Source of the DNA: Octopus bimaculoides
Taxonomy: Eukaryota
DNA: 64,000 nucleotides
Reading direction: 5' to 3'
Assembly (NCBI RefSeq): GCF_001194135.2
Contig: NC_068991.1
Coordinates: 53,908,010-53,972,009, forward strand
Positions 13,809 to 25,800 of this stretch are shown here, piece by piece (position 1 is the first letter of the stretch; every line of letters begins with the position of its first letter). The notes beneath the pieces are model-generated. The model was not told the origin of the DNA, ran no database searches, and saw only the letters and a program-made list of their open reading frames with translations. Position numbers and translations under genes: made by a program.

Positions 13809-14328
13809 AAAGAGAGAGGTAGATAGACAGACAGACAGACTGATAGATAGATAGGTAGATAGATAGATAGACAGACAGATAGATAGATCCTCCTCATCAC
13901 CATTAAACATATTTTGTATGAGTCAGAAGAAATTTGAAGCAGGTTTTCTATGGTAGGATGCCCTTCCTGTTCTCAATCCTCACCTATTTCCAATCAAGGT
14001 AATATTTCTCCAGTTGCTGGTCATTTGCCGTTCCATGATGCCAGAGTATACACATACATACACCACCTTGAGGATTTTGTTGTCAAACGAATCGATCCCC
14101 AATATTTGTTTAAGCCTGGTAAGTGATGGCCATGGTTGACACATGTATATGTTATGTATATATAAGATGCAGGCGTGATTGTATTATTAAAAAGCTCACT
14201 TTGCTAGTACTTGGTTTCAGGTTCAACCTCACTAGATAACACCATGGGCAAATGTGTTCTGCTATAGTCCCAGGTCAGTGAGTGAATTTGGTAGACAGAG
14301 ATGTGTGGAAGTCTGCTGTGTGGTGTGG

Positions 14329-14392
<64 letters not shown>

Positions 14393-15054
14393 NNNNNNNN
14401 NNNNNNNNNNNNNNNNNNNNNNNNNNNNNNNNNNNNNNNNNNNNNNNNNNNNNNNNNNNNNNNNNNNNNNNNNNNNNNNNNNNNNNNNNNNNNNNNNNNN
14501 NNNNNNNNNNNNNNNNNNNNNNNNNNNNNNNNNNNNNNNNNNNNNNNNNNNNNNNNNNNNNNNNNNNNNNNNNNNNNNNNNNNNNNNNNNNNNNNNNNNN
14601 NNNNNNNNNNNNNNNNNNNNNNNNNNNNNNNNNNNNNNNNNNNNNNNNNNNNNNNNNNNNNNNNNNNNNNNNNNNNNNNNNNNNNNNNNNNNNNNNNNNN
14701 NNNNNNNNNNNNNNNNNNNNNNNNNNNNNNNNNNNNNNNNNNNNNNNNNNNNNNNNNNNNNNNNNNNNNNNNNNNNNNNNNNNNNNNNNNNNNNNNNNNN
14801 NNNNNNNNNNNNNNNNNNNNNNNNNNNNNNNNNNNNNNNNNNNNNNNNNNNNNNNNNNNNNNNNNNNNNNNNNNNNNNNNNNNNNNNNNNNNNNNNNNNN
14901 NNNNNNNNNNNNNNNNNNNNNNNNNNNNNNNNNNNNNNNNNNNNNNNNNNNNNNNNNNNNNNNNNNNNNNNNNNNNNNNNNNNNNNNNNNNNNNNNNNNN
15001 NNNNNNNNNNNNNNNNNNNNNNNNNNNNNNNNNNNNATATATATATATATATAC

Positions 15055-15290
15055 TCTCTGTGGCCAATTCCCAACAGGAACAGGAAGGTCAGTTGGAAGG
15101 CCACTCTTGCGCTTCAAAGGCAAACTAAAAGACAATCTGAAGTGATGCAACATTCCCTTTTCTTCCTTGGAAAACAAAGCATCAGAACGCAGGACCTGGC
15201 ACCAGTCCTGCTTCTCCTCAGTTCAAAAATTTGAGCAAAGTCGGTTCCAGCATCGGAACCAACTTACTGCAAGCATGAAGGCACTCTGAC
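15055..15290 (+). mobile_element. LINE ORF2 C-terminal fragment (RTE-like)
   Basis: LCGQFPTGTGRSVGRPLLRFKGKLKDNLK*CNI matches the G.R..GRP.LR.KD.LK..LK terminal motif. Confidence 0.7.
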
Positions 15291-15499
15291 AAAACGCTAC
15301 TCCTCTAAATGGAAACTTTACCTATCATTGTAGTTTTGTGGCACGAAGCAAAACAGGCCTCAAGAAACATTCGCGTCCATAGAACATGATTATCGCTTTA
15401 TTTTACTGAACCCCCATTATTTTAAAACAGTTGTTATCTAACCAAAATCAAGGAACCAAACCAAGAATTTATTCTTACTATCCAACTCTACTCAGAATC

Positions 15500-15785
15500 T
15501 AGGGTACATCTTGTTACTTGCATGATTTGGGAGCGCCAGCTCAGACTGTTTGGCCATGTTGCTCGATTTACCGAGTTAGACCCTGCTTACCGTGTTCCCT
15601 TCACCAAGCACCTTGTTGGGTTGATGGCTTGTGTTGGTCGACCACATGGTCATGGTAGATGAGGAGGTGTCTTGCGGAGGTGGGTGCTTACTGGGACTCT
15701 TTTCAACGGGTCACTCGGGAGGACCCAGGAATATACCAACAAATGGTGAATGCAGCAGTGCATGTTCCTACATCTGAACTATCCA
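15500..15785 (+). mobile_element. LINE ORF2 C-terminal fragment, different lineage
   Basis: VTCMIWERQLRLFGHVARFTELDPAYRV...GRPHG matches RL..FGHV.R....DP..R....GRP. Confidence 0.65.
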
Positions 15786-15955
15786 ACAAAAAAAAAAAAG
15801 AAGAATTAATGCAGAAATTTACAAGGACCACTGTTGTTCACTTTAACTGCTTTTCAATCTTAATAACAAACAATCTTTTATGCATAAATATAATTATAGA
15901 TGTAAAATTTTATGCTGAATTTTAAAACAAAGCTATTTTCCTTCTCTGTTTTTAG

Positions 15956-16079
15956 CCTATAAAGAATTTCCACCGGACTTATTCACAAATGAACAGCGAT
16001 ATCATGGTGCTATGGTTTTGCATTTTATTTTGGGTTTATATATGTTTTATGCATTATCAATCGTATGCGATGAATATTT
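15956..16079 (+). CDS. SLC24 (NCKX3/4/5-like): NCKX/SLC24 coding exon, first recognisable one (3' part lost in the N-gap starting at 16080)
   Basis: Acceptor ttttag| at 15955, phase 1. Translates [40 protein letters not shown](F), matching the NCKX EFP.D.FT...R..GA..LH....YMF.AL.IVCD.(F/Y)F motif before alpha-1. Donor not visible. Confidence 0.95.
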
Positions 16080-16496
16080 NNNNNNNNNNNNNNNNNNNNN
16101 NNNNNNNNNNNNNNNNNNNNNNNNNNNNNNNNNNNNNNNNNNNNNNNNNNNNNNNNNNNNNNNNNNNNNNNNNNNNNNNNNNNNNNNNNNNNNNNNNNNN
16201 NNNNNNNNNNNNNNNNNNNNNNNNNNNNNNNNNNNNNNNNNNNNNNNNNNNNNNNNNNNNNNNNNNNNNNNNNNNNNNNNNNNNNNNNNNNNNNNNNNNN
16301 NNNNNNNNNNNNNNNNNNNNNNNNNNNNNNNNNNNNNNNNNNNNNNNNNNNNNNNNNNNNNNNNNNNNNNNNNNNNNNNNNNNNNNNNNNNNNNNNNNNN
16401 NNNNNNNNNNNNNNNNNNNNNNNNNNNNNNNNNNNNNNNNNNNNNNNNNNNNNNNNNNNNNNNNNNNNNNNNNNNNNNNNNNNNNNNNNNNNNNNN
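16080..16496. other. Assembly gap that truncates an NCKX coding exon
   Basis: The N-run starts mid-codon after ...CDEY-TT. Other gaps lie near 3982-4298, 9831-9840, 11082-11282, 13418-13750, 14393-15036, 17341-17894, 18813-19098, 25305-25635, 34176-34184, 40425-41055, 42956-43254, 54120-54129, 60151-60273 and 63140-63706. Confidence 0.98.
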
Positions 16497-16543
<47 letters not shown>

Positions 16544-16618
16544 TAGATAATGGTGGAAATAAAGTAAGACCTCCCGGGCTAGATACATAAAATATACATA
16601 CATATATATACATGTCAA

Positions 16619-17115
16619 TAGAGGCAAGACAAAGACCGGAGATATTCAGACGATGAGTATTCATATATAAATATATAGATATTTATATATCAACAGAGCA
16701 GATTTACACAGAAGGCAAAGACACAGAAAACTAAGGGGAGGAAATATGTTATTTCAGGTCCGACATCTGTTTCTGGGGGCTCGAAGTTACGTAATAATAT
16801 TGGTAGATGCAGTTCGCAAAAAGCCCAGAATCTAGATACCAATCTCTCCACCTTGATGACAGTGGCCGGATTCACCTAATGTTTATGTACATCCATCACT
16901 GGGTGCATATTCTTGACCTTTTGCAAACTACATCTGCCGACATTATTACGTAATTCCGAGCCCCAGAAACAGCTGTCGGGCCTGTAATACCATACCTTCT
17001 ACTCTTAGTTTTCTGTATCTTTGCACTCTGTGTAAATCTGCTGTTAATATATAAATATTTATATATTCATACAGGAATGTTCATCGTCTGAATATCTTCA
17101 GTCTTTGTCTCTCTA
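16619..17115. mobile_element. Fold-back (MITE-like) element with about 210-bp inverted arms
   Basis: 16619-16832 is the reverse complement of 16906-17115 (e.g. agacaaagaccggagatattcagacgatgag vs ctcatc-type mirror ttcatcgtctgaatatcttcagtctttgtct). About 75-nt spacer, TA at both ends. Confidence 0.85.
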
Positions 17116-17306
17116 GCCCAAACGATTTTATTTGTTCAGTTGCATCATTATATCTGCTCACATGGATTCCTCTTATAGCCGTTCTTTACCCCCACGGACT
17201 TAGTACTCGGTAAAGATTTCCGAGTGTAACTTCAAATCATTTGTGCGCAACTGTTTTCTGTATTGCTGTATTGAGCATCTCTGGATCTCATCTGTTGACT
17301 CTCTCA

Positions 17307-17340
<34 letters not shown>

Positions 17341-18744
17341 NNNNNNNNNNNNNNNNNNNNNNNNNNNNNNNNNNNNNNNNNNNNNNNNNNNNNNNNNNNN
17401 NNNNNNNNNNNNNNNNNNNNNNNNNNNNNNNNNNNNNNNNNNNNNNNNNNNNNNNNNNNNNNNNNNNNNNNNNNNNNNNNNNNNNNNNNNNNNNNNNNNN
17501 NNNNNNNNNNNNNNNNNNNNNNNNNNNNNNNNNNNNNNNNNNNNNNNNNNNNNNNNNNNNNNNNNNNNNNNNNNNNNNNNNNNNNNNNNNNNNNNNNNNN
17601 NNNNNNNNNNNNNNNNNNNNNNNNNNNNNNNNNNNNNNNNNNNNNNNNNNNNNNNNNNNNNNNNNNNNNNNNNNNNNNNNNNNNNNNNNNNNNNNNNNNN
17701 NNNNNNNNNNNNNNNNNNNNNNNNNNNNNNNNNNNNNNNNNNNNNNNNNNNNNNNNNNNNNNNNNNNNNNNNNNNNNNNNNNNNNNNNNNNNNNNNNNNN
17801 NNNNNNNNNNNNNNNNNNNNNNNNNNNNNNNNNNNNNNNNNNNNNNNNNNNNNNNNNNNNNNNNNNNNNNNNNNNNNNNNNNNNNNNNNNNNNNGAGTGT
17901 ACTGGTTAATATACTGAAAAGCGAAGATGATTTCTTAGCCTGGCTGTTGACCTTTCACCACAGATGTTGCAATAAATGCCTCTTCTTAACTAATTCTAAT
18001 TCAAAGTTATGGTATTTTCCCATTTTTGTATAGACATGTCAATAGACATATGTCTGTTTTTCAACCTATTAATAGAAAGACGTTTACTGCAGGATTAGCT
18101 GATATGTTATTTCAAGAGGCCAAGATTTATAAAGATGCTTCAGCTTCTATGGGTATGAAAAGATTTGGTACACTCGTTTTGGTCAAAAGGCGGTGAGCTG
18201 GCAGAAACGTTAGCACGCCGGGCGAAATGTTTAGCGGTATTTCGTCTGCCGCTACGTTCTGAGTTCAAATTCCGCCGAGATCGACTTTGCCTTTCATCCT
18301 TTCGGGGTCGATTAAATAAGTACCAGTTACGCACTGGGGTTGATATAATCGACTTAATCCGTTTGTCTGCCCGTGTTTGTCCCCCTCTGTGTGTAGCCCC
18401 TTGTGGGTAGTAAAGAAATAACACTCGTTTTGGTACCGCCTGCTTGGCATTGCTGGTTCAATGCTAACTTATTTCACAGTCAGACGTTTTAATGTTTCAT
18501 TTTGATATTTCTTGTGTCCGAGCCGGTGAGCTAGCCGAATCCTTTAGCACACCTGACAAAGTGCTTAACAACATCTCGTCTGTCTTTACGTTCTGTGTTC
18601 AAATTCTGCCAAGATCTACTTTGCCTTTCATCCTTTCGGAGGTCGTTAAAATAAATACCTTTTGAGTACTGGGGTTGATGTAATTGACTTACCCCGCTCC
18701 AACCAAATTATTGGCCTTGTACCAAAATTTGAAGCCAATATTTC

Positions 18745-18812
<68 letters not shown>

Positions 18813-19249
18813 NNNNNNNNNNNNNNNNNNNNNNNNNNNNNNNNNNNNNNNNNNNNNNNNNNNNNNNNNNNNNNNNNNNNNNNNNNNNNNNNNNNNNNNN
18901 NNNNNNNNNNNNNNNNNNNNNNNNNNNNNNNNNNNNNNNNNNNNNNNNNNNNNNNNNNNNNNNNNNNNNNNNNNNNNNNNNNNNNNNNNNNNNNNNNNNN
19001 NNNNNNNNNNNNNNNNNNNNNNNNNNNNNNNNNNNNNNNNNNNNNNNNNNNNNNNNNNNNNNNNNNNNNNNNNNNNNNNNNNNNNNNNNNNNNNNNNNGC
19101 TCAATTAATCGCAAGGTATCAAAGGCGGCTGGGCGACATGCACCTCCACTTTGCCGTTAAACTGTTCAAGACATTTGCACAGATTACTCTAGCCTCTCGG
19201 ACAGACCCATTCTGAACATCCACACAGTGTCTCTTAAGTAACTTCTACA

Positions 19250-20220
19250 AATGCGGCGCACTTTCTCTCTCTCTCTCTCTCTCTCTCTGCCTCTCCACCT
19301 CCCCCTATCTCTCTCTCTCTCTCTCTCAGTCAGCTCTCACTCCAACACCCCTAACCACCAATGCTTTTCGCATTCCATCCATCCACACAAACCGACGTCT
19401 GCCTCTGGTTCTAACTTCCTCACCACCCTTACCATCTGCTCCCCATCCATCCTCTCCATGTGGCCAAACCACCTCTATATTAGTCTGTCCGTTCTGGTTG
19501 TTAGATTTTCATTCATTCCTGTTTGCCTTTGCACCTACTCATTTCTCACCCTATCCGTCTGTGTCACACCTAACCCTCAAACAACTCATCTCAAACACAT
19601 CTGGTCGCCTCCTTTCCGCCTTTCTCAGACCCCACGTCTCTGCACCATATAACATTGTCGGCACAATCACACTCTCATACACACCTCATTTCGCTTTCAT
19701 ACTCAACCCTTTATCTCTCAGCATACCTTTCACAACTCCAAGTATCTTACTCCCCTCCCTCAATCTATATCCCACTCCCTCAACCACCACCACCCTACCA
19801 CCCACCATCACATGTGATCCCAGATACTTAAAAACGCTCACCTACTCTAACATCTCACCATTTATACTCACATTCACCCTACCAGCCATTCCATCTCTTG
19901 AACATCTCATCACCTTACTCTTAGCGACATTCACTTTCAGTTTCCTCCTCTCACACACTCTTCCAAACTCTACCACCAGTCTCCTCAGTTGCTCTTCCGA
20001 ATCCGCTACCAGTGCTGTATCATCAGCAAACAATAACTGACTTACCTGCCATTTCTCTCCATTTTCTCCCACTATTTGGGCTCCCAAAGGTTCTAGCGCT
20101 CACCTCTCTCACCACACCATCTACATATAGATTAAACAGCCACAGAGACATCACACAACCCTCTCTTAACCCCACCTTCACATCAAACCACACCCACTTA
20201 CTTCACCACCCACCCTAACG
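19250..20220 (-). mobile_element. RTE LINE 3' fragment (RT domains to C-terminus)
   Basis: WQVSQLLFADDTALVADSEEQLRRLVVEFGRVCERRKLKVNVAKSKVMRCS...EMFKYLGSHI...VIVPTMLYGAETWG, with a GLC/Q..GC.MSPWLFNL-like segment upstream. Frameshifted toward the 3' end. Confidence 0.93.
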
Positions 20221-20275
20221 CACGCCCTACTTTCTCTCACTGTCTCTCTCTCTTTCTCCCCCCCTCTCTCTCTCT

Positions 20276-20309
<34 letters not shown>

Positions 20310-20558
20310 TCCAAGAGAGTTAGGGATTGAGAATCCAATCCACTAAGGGATGTGTCCTTTTAAATTTGAAATTTTAATTGTTGATATGACATAGTATGTC
20401 ATAAGTGTCTGTATATTGTCTTTATTGTCCTTTTGGTTGTAAAATAAACGGTTTATATATATATGAAGAGTGTCTGATCATAGAACAAATTCCTCAACAA
20501 ACACACCAATACAGTTTGTCAAGCGGTGGTGGGGAACACACACACACAAACACACACA

Positions 20559-20607
<49 letters not shown>

Positions 20608-21958
20608 CGGGCTTTTTTTTAGTTTCCGTCAACCAAATTCACTCACAAGGCTGTGGTCGAGCGGGGCTATATATATAGCAGAAGATATTCTGCCTTTGAT
20701 GTCACGCAGAGGGATCGAACCCGGCTCCATATATATTATGTTTAGAAGGAAGTAGGCATACGGTGTGGTTAATATCGGATATGCCAAATAGTGTAATATA
20801 ATGGATGACTGCAAGTTGTTGGTGCTGAAAGGTGCAGGGGTGATAACTCTGCTGAGGCTAGATTCGTTGGCAAGGGTGGTAACTGGGACTATGTAAAAAG
20901 GTGATCACTTCGAATTTCTTTGTGAGGGACATTACTAGCTGCTTTATCGTACGCAGTTCTTCAAGCTGGAATAGCTGGCGATTAAGTAAAAACTGGAGAA
21001 GAGAGATGTATGAAGGTTTTGTTATTGTTTTTTTAACACTTGCTAAGTCTGAAGAAAGGGACAGGGCCCATTGACCATCGCAAGCCCTCTGAGATTCATG
21101 TGATTGATGTTGATGTTTTGTTTGAATTGTTTCAGAGCGACGTTGTATGAGAGGTGAGGGAAGGAGAGATGAGGGCGGAGTAGATTCCAGGGAGAATATG
21201 TTATGGGGGAAAAGAACTGCAAGTGGTGGCTACTATATGGAAAAATGTGTTGGATGAACCAAGGTTGATGAAATATGGAGAAACAAGAAGTAACTGTAAA
21301 ATGCTTGAGTTGTGGGGTTTGAAGCCCAACCAGCTCTGGAGATAAGAGACCATTGTAATAGTGATAGAAAAGACAGAGAAAGGAAATAGCATACTTGTGG
21401 GTTAGAGGCTGGAGCATGTCTGTTAGTGATGGTGTGCCAAACAGCTGAGTGGACCTTCTCTGGGCATGATCCAGGTTGTCAGTGTTTGTAGAAGTAATAC
21501 TGAAAGCGTGTGGCTTAATGGTTAAGGGTATTCGACTCAGGATCGTTAGGTCGTGAGTTCATTTCTTGGCAGCATGTTGTGTCCTTGAGCAAGACACTTT
21601 ATTTCATGTTGTTCTAATCCACTCAGCTGGCAAAAATTAATTGTAACTGTATTTCAAAGGGCCAGCCTTGTCACATTCTATATCACGCTCAATCTTTCTG
21701 AAAACTATGTTAAGATTATGTGTGTCTGTGGAGTGCTCAGCCACTTGTACGTTATTTTCATGAGCAGGCTGTTCCATTGATCGAATCAACTGGAATCCTC
21801 AATATCGTAGCAAAAGGAATTCCATCATTATCCTAGATGTGAGAGAAATATTCTGTTGTGGGTTCCTGTTGGGCCTTGTAGGGTGAGCTTCTCTTACCTG
21901 TAGAGTGTCACCAACTGTTAGGGGCTGAAATAGTATAAAATATTCTGAGAAATAGAGG

Positions 21959-22014
<56 letters not shown>

Positions 22015-22254
22015 GACAAAGACAGAAACAGACAGACAGAAAAAGAAAGTAAGTATGGAAGAACCAACCCTTGTACCTGACTGATACATATAGACTCAGA
22101 TGGCTGGAGGGCACATGCATACATACATGCATGCATACATACATACATGCATGCATACATACATGCATGCATACATACATACCTACATACGTACATGCAT
22201 ACATACATACATACATACATACATACATACGAGCGTGTGTGTGGAAAGGGGGAC

Positions 22255-22685
22255 AGTTGTGTGGTTTAGAACCTTGCTCTCCCCAATGGTGTAGTTACTG
22301 GTTCAGTCCCACTGAGAAGACCCTTCCACTACACCAGAATTGATACTGGTGCTGTGACCACATATAAAGCACTGTTGTTGGTACAACATAAAAAAGCATG
22401 CCATATAAAAAACACTGGTGATGGTGCCACATAAAAAACTCTGGTGATGGTGCCATGTTAAAAAAACTGGTGATGGTGCCACGTAAAAAGCACTGGTTTG
22501 GGTGCCATGTAAAAAGCACCCAGTATACTCTGAAAAGTGGTTTGTGTTAGGAAAGGCATCCAGCTATAGAAACTATGTCAAAACTGACTATGGAACTTAG
22601 TGGGGCCCCTGGCCCTACCAGCTCCTCTTAAACCATCCAACCCATGCCAGCATGGAAAACGGACAATAAATAATGATGATGATAT
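22255..22685 (+). mobile_element. Composite SINE: family-A-like head, about 26-bp tandem repeats, and RTE-type 3' tail ending in (GAT)n
   Basis: Head tggtttagaacc...ggttcagtcccactg, then repeated aaaa(g)cactggtgatggtgcca(c/t)(g/a)ta units, then the tail gcatccagctatagaaac...aaaccatccaacccatgccagcatggaaaacggac + gatgat. Confidence 0.7.
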
Positions 22686-22689
22686 AAAA

Positions 22690-23140
22690 TGCCAATTCAG
22701 CTCCCTACTTCCCATCACTCATGAATATGGCCCTGAGATACTTAAACATCTTCACTTGTCTCAGTGGTGTTCTACTGACAGGTAGAGTGCATGGGGATGA
22801 CTTTTTAATAGGACCAATGTCTCAGTCTTTGCAAAATTAAATCTCATCCTTGCCTTCCAGCATTTTGCCCAAAATCCATTAAGTATATGTAAATCACCTT
22901 CTGATGAGCCAAATAAAACCATGTCAACTGCAAGCATCAGCCAACCATTCCTACATCTATTAAATGGGATACCATTCTCACAATGGCTGCGCATGTCAAT
23001 CCATTTCATAAAAATTAGGAAAAGAAGAGGTGACAATGTGTATCCCTCTAAAAATCCAACACCCATATTGAAAGCCAAAGTTTGTTATCTTCAATTCAGT
23101 TTTTGTGCCTATTCTCACCTATGGTCATGAATGTTGAACC
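22690..23140 (-). mobile_element. RTE LINE (Rex3/Expander-like) RT fragment
   Basis: FNMGVGFLEGYTLSPLLFLIFMKWIDMRS...LMLAVDMVLFGSSEGDLHIL...MRFNFAKTETLVL...QVKMFKYL aligns by eye with the Expander-type GLRQGC.LSP.LF..FMD.I...LLFADDVVL..SS..DL motif. Confidence 0.8.
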
Positions 23141-23509
23141 ATGACTGCTTCATCCGATCACAAATACAAACAGCCAAAATGGAGTTCCTCTGAAGGATCT
23201 CTAGAGTAATGTTACTTGATAGGGTGTGTTGTTCAGAGAGCTGGGAATCTCTCCAGGTTGAGCCATTTCTCAGCATTGAGGATTTTTAACCAGTAACAAG
23301 AGAATACAATACACCTCTGCTTTCCCATTTATGGAGCAGTGAGGAGAAATTAAAAACCTTAATTCTGTCTTCATACAATAAGTTGCTTAACTTGATAAGC
23401 AAATTGGCTGGCTTTCCTTTATAGTTTATCTTTTACTTGTTTGAGTCATTAGACTGTGGCCATGCTGATTAGTTTGTTTTCAAATTTCATGGTCAAAACG
23501 AATCTGTTG

Positions 23510-23700
23510 TGAGTTTGGAGCCACTTTCCTGCATTGAGAGGTCACATTTCCGTTACTACAGACATGTGGTTGGAATATCACAAGAAAGAACCACAAGACG
23601 GATTCTTCAAGCCAAGCCAACCAGCAGGAGACCTAGAAGTAGGCCAAGAAGGAGATGGTTGGATGATATCCATTGAGTCAGTTCAGAATCCAGCAGGAAA
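23510..23700 (+). mobile_element. RTE LINE (Rex3/Expander-like) C-terminal fragment
   Basis: EPLSCIERSHFRYYRHVVGISQERTTRRILQAKPTSRRPRSRPRRRWLDDI. Confidence 0.75.
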
Positions 23701-23773
23701 ATTTAATGATGGTTGCTTCTGATAGGACTCTATGAAGAAGGTGCCTAAAGGAATTGTAGGCAGAGAAGATGGA

Positions 23774-23805
<32 letters not shown>

Positions 23806-23864
23806 TGTAATGTAGGTAAGGTAAAATCATCCGCTAGTTCCAGTATTATAATCCAGTATGGTAA

Positions 23865-24850
23865 CAAAGGATTTCTCCCTCAGATGAAAGGCAGATTGTA
23901 CAATGCCTGTGTGCAAACAGCCATGCTACGCAGCAGTGAAACATAGGCAGTGACTACTGAGGACATGCCGAAGGCTTGAAAGAAATGAAGCTCATATGCT
24001 TCACTGGATGTACAATGTCAGTGTACATGTACGACAGAGTGTAAGTATCTTGAGAGAAAAGTTGGGCATAAGAGGCATCAGATGTGGTGCACAAGAGGGA
24101 TTGACTGTGCTGCTATGGTCATGCAAAGTGTATGGATGAGAACAGTGGTGTGAAGAAGTGCCAATCTCTAACTCTGGTGGGAATCTGCTGAAGAGGTAGC
24201 CCCAGGAAGATATAGGATGAGCTGATGAAGCATGACCTTCAAATATTGGGCCTCATGGAGGCCATGACAAATGACCGAGAACTTTGATGTTATGCCATGC
24301 TTGAGAAGATCAAGTGAAGCCAAGTGAAATCGCAGTCATAGCCAATGCCAGTGTTACATAACTGACACATAAAAAGCACCCTTCGAATGTTGGGTGATAT
24401 GCTGTGCTTGAGAAGACTTGTCAAGCCAAGTGAAATCATAGTTATGGCTGATGCCAGTGTTGCATACCTGGTACCAGTGCCAGTGGCATGTAAAAACCAT
24501 CCTTCAAACTTTGGGCCTCACGGAGGCAGTGACAAGTGATCGAGACCTTTGGCAATATACTGTGCTTGAGAAGACCTGTCAAGCCAAGTGAGATCATGGT
24601 CATGGTCAAAGCTGATGTTTCATAACTGGTACCCATGCCGGTGGCATGTAAAAAGCACCCACTACACACTTGGAGTGGTTGGTGGTAGGAAGGGCATCCA
24701 GCTGTAGAAATCATGCCAAATCAGACTGAAACCCAGTGCAGCTTCCCAGCTTACCAGTTCTCAGTCAAACCATCCAACCCATGCCAGCATAGAAAACGGG
24801 CTTTAAATCATGATGATAATGATGATGATGATGATGATGATGATGATATG
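23865..24850 (+). mobile_element. 5'-truncated RTE LINE: ORF2 C-terminus, tandem-repeated 3' UTR and (GAT)n tail
   Basis: KGRLYNACVQTAML.SSETW...ARQSVSILREKLGIRGIRC..RGSPRKI; three imperfect 3' UTR repeats (cttgagaag...caagccaagtga); tail aaaccatccaacccatgccagcatagaaaacggg + (gat)n. Confidence 0.9.
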
Positions 24851-25635
24851 CAGTTGTTGTCATTGTTGTATTGATGTGAGGTGCATATTAGAGTTGAACA
24901 TTCTGGAAATATTGTTTGCTGAGTTATATAACAAAACTGGACATTGGAAAAGCAAATAAAACATGTATAATGGTGAATAATACTAAAAAAATTTCCGAGT
25001 TCCTGTTATATATATATATATATATATATAATAATAATATTGGGGACAAAATCCAAAATTACAGGTAAAAAACTCAATTAAAATCAATTTATAAAAAATT
25101 AAAATTAAATTGAGCCTTATAGATAAAGTATATATAAAATATATAGTTTTAGGGAAAATAACCAATTTTCAAGAACTCATCGATGAAAATCCACTATCAC
25201 ATATAGAAAAATTAATAATTAAAAGCACAATAAATGAGTATAATATAAAGTAAAGTAAATATCATAAGATAAATATAATAAATATATTTATTATATTATA
25301 TTATNNNNNNNNNNNNNNNNNNNNNNNNNNNNNNNNNNNNNNNNNNNNNNNNNNNNNNNNNNNNNNNNNNNNNNNNNNNNNNNNNNNNNNNNNNNNNNNN
25401 NNNNNNNNNNNNNNNNNNNNNNNNNNNNNNNNNNNNNNNNNNNNNNNNNNNNNNNNNNNNNNNNNNNNNNNNNNNNNNNNNNNNNNNNNNNNNNNNNNNN
25501 NNNNNNNNNNNNNNNNNNNNNNNNNNNNNNNNNNNNNNNNNNNNNNNNNNNNNNNNNNNNNNNNNNNNNNNNNNNNNNNNNNNNNNNNNNNNNNNNNNNN
25601 NNNNNNNNNNNNNNNNNNNNNNNNNNNNNNNNNNN

Positions 25636-25800
25636 AGTGGTGGTGGTGGCGGTGGTGGTGGCGGTGGTGGCGGTGACAGCAGTGGTTATGATGGTGATAG
25701 AGATGATGATGGTGGTGGAGATGGTAGTAGTGGTGATGGTGATGGTAACGGTAGAGATGATAATGGTAGTAGTAGTGGAGATGATGATGATGATGATGCT
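25636..25800. repeat. (GGT/GAT/GTA)n trinucleotide repeat
   Basis: Seen directly, next to the gap at 25305-25635. Confidence 0.9.

Noticed and set aside
20830-21470. Purine-rich non-microsatellite block with minus-strand ORFs of 124 and 63 aa
   Set aside because: No identifiable domain or splice pattern. Probably an old retroelement fragment, but I cannot assign it.
22385-22520. Regularly spaced 26-bp repeats, and the longer repeats at 24270-24660, superficially CRISPR-like
   Set aside because: No unique spacers, no cas genes, and a eukaryotic context. They are internal tandem repeats of a SINE and of an RTE 3' UTR.
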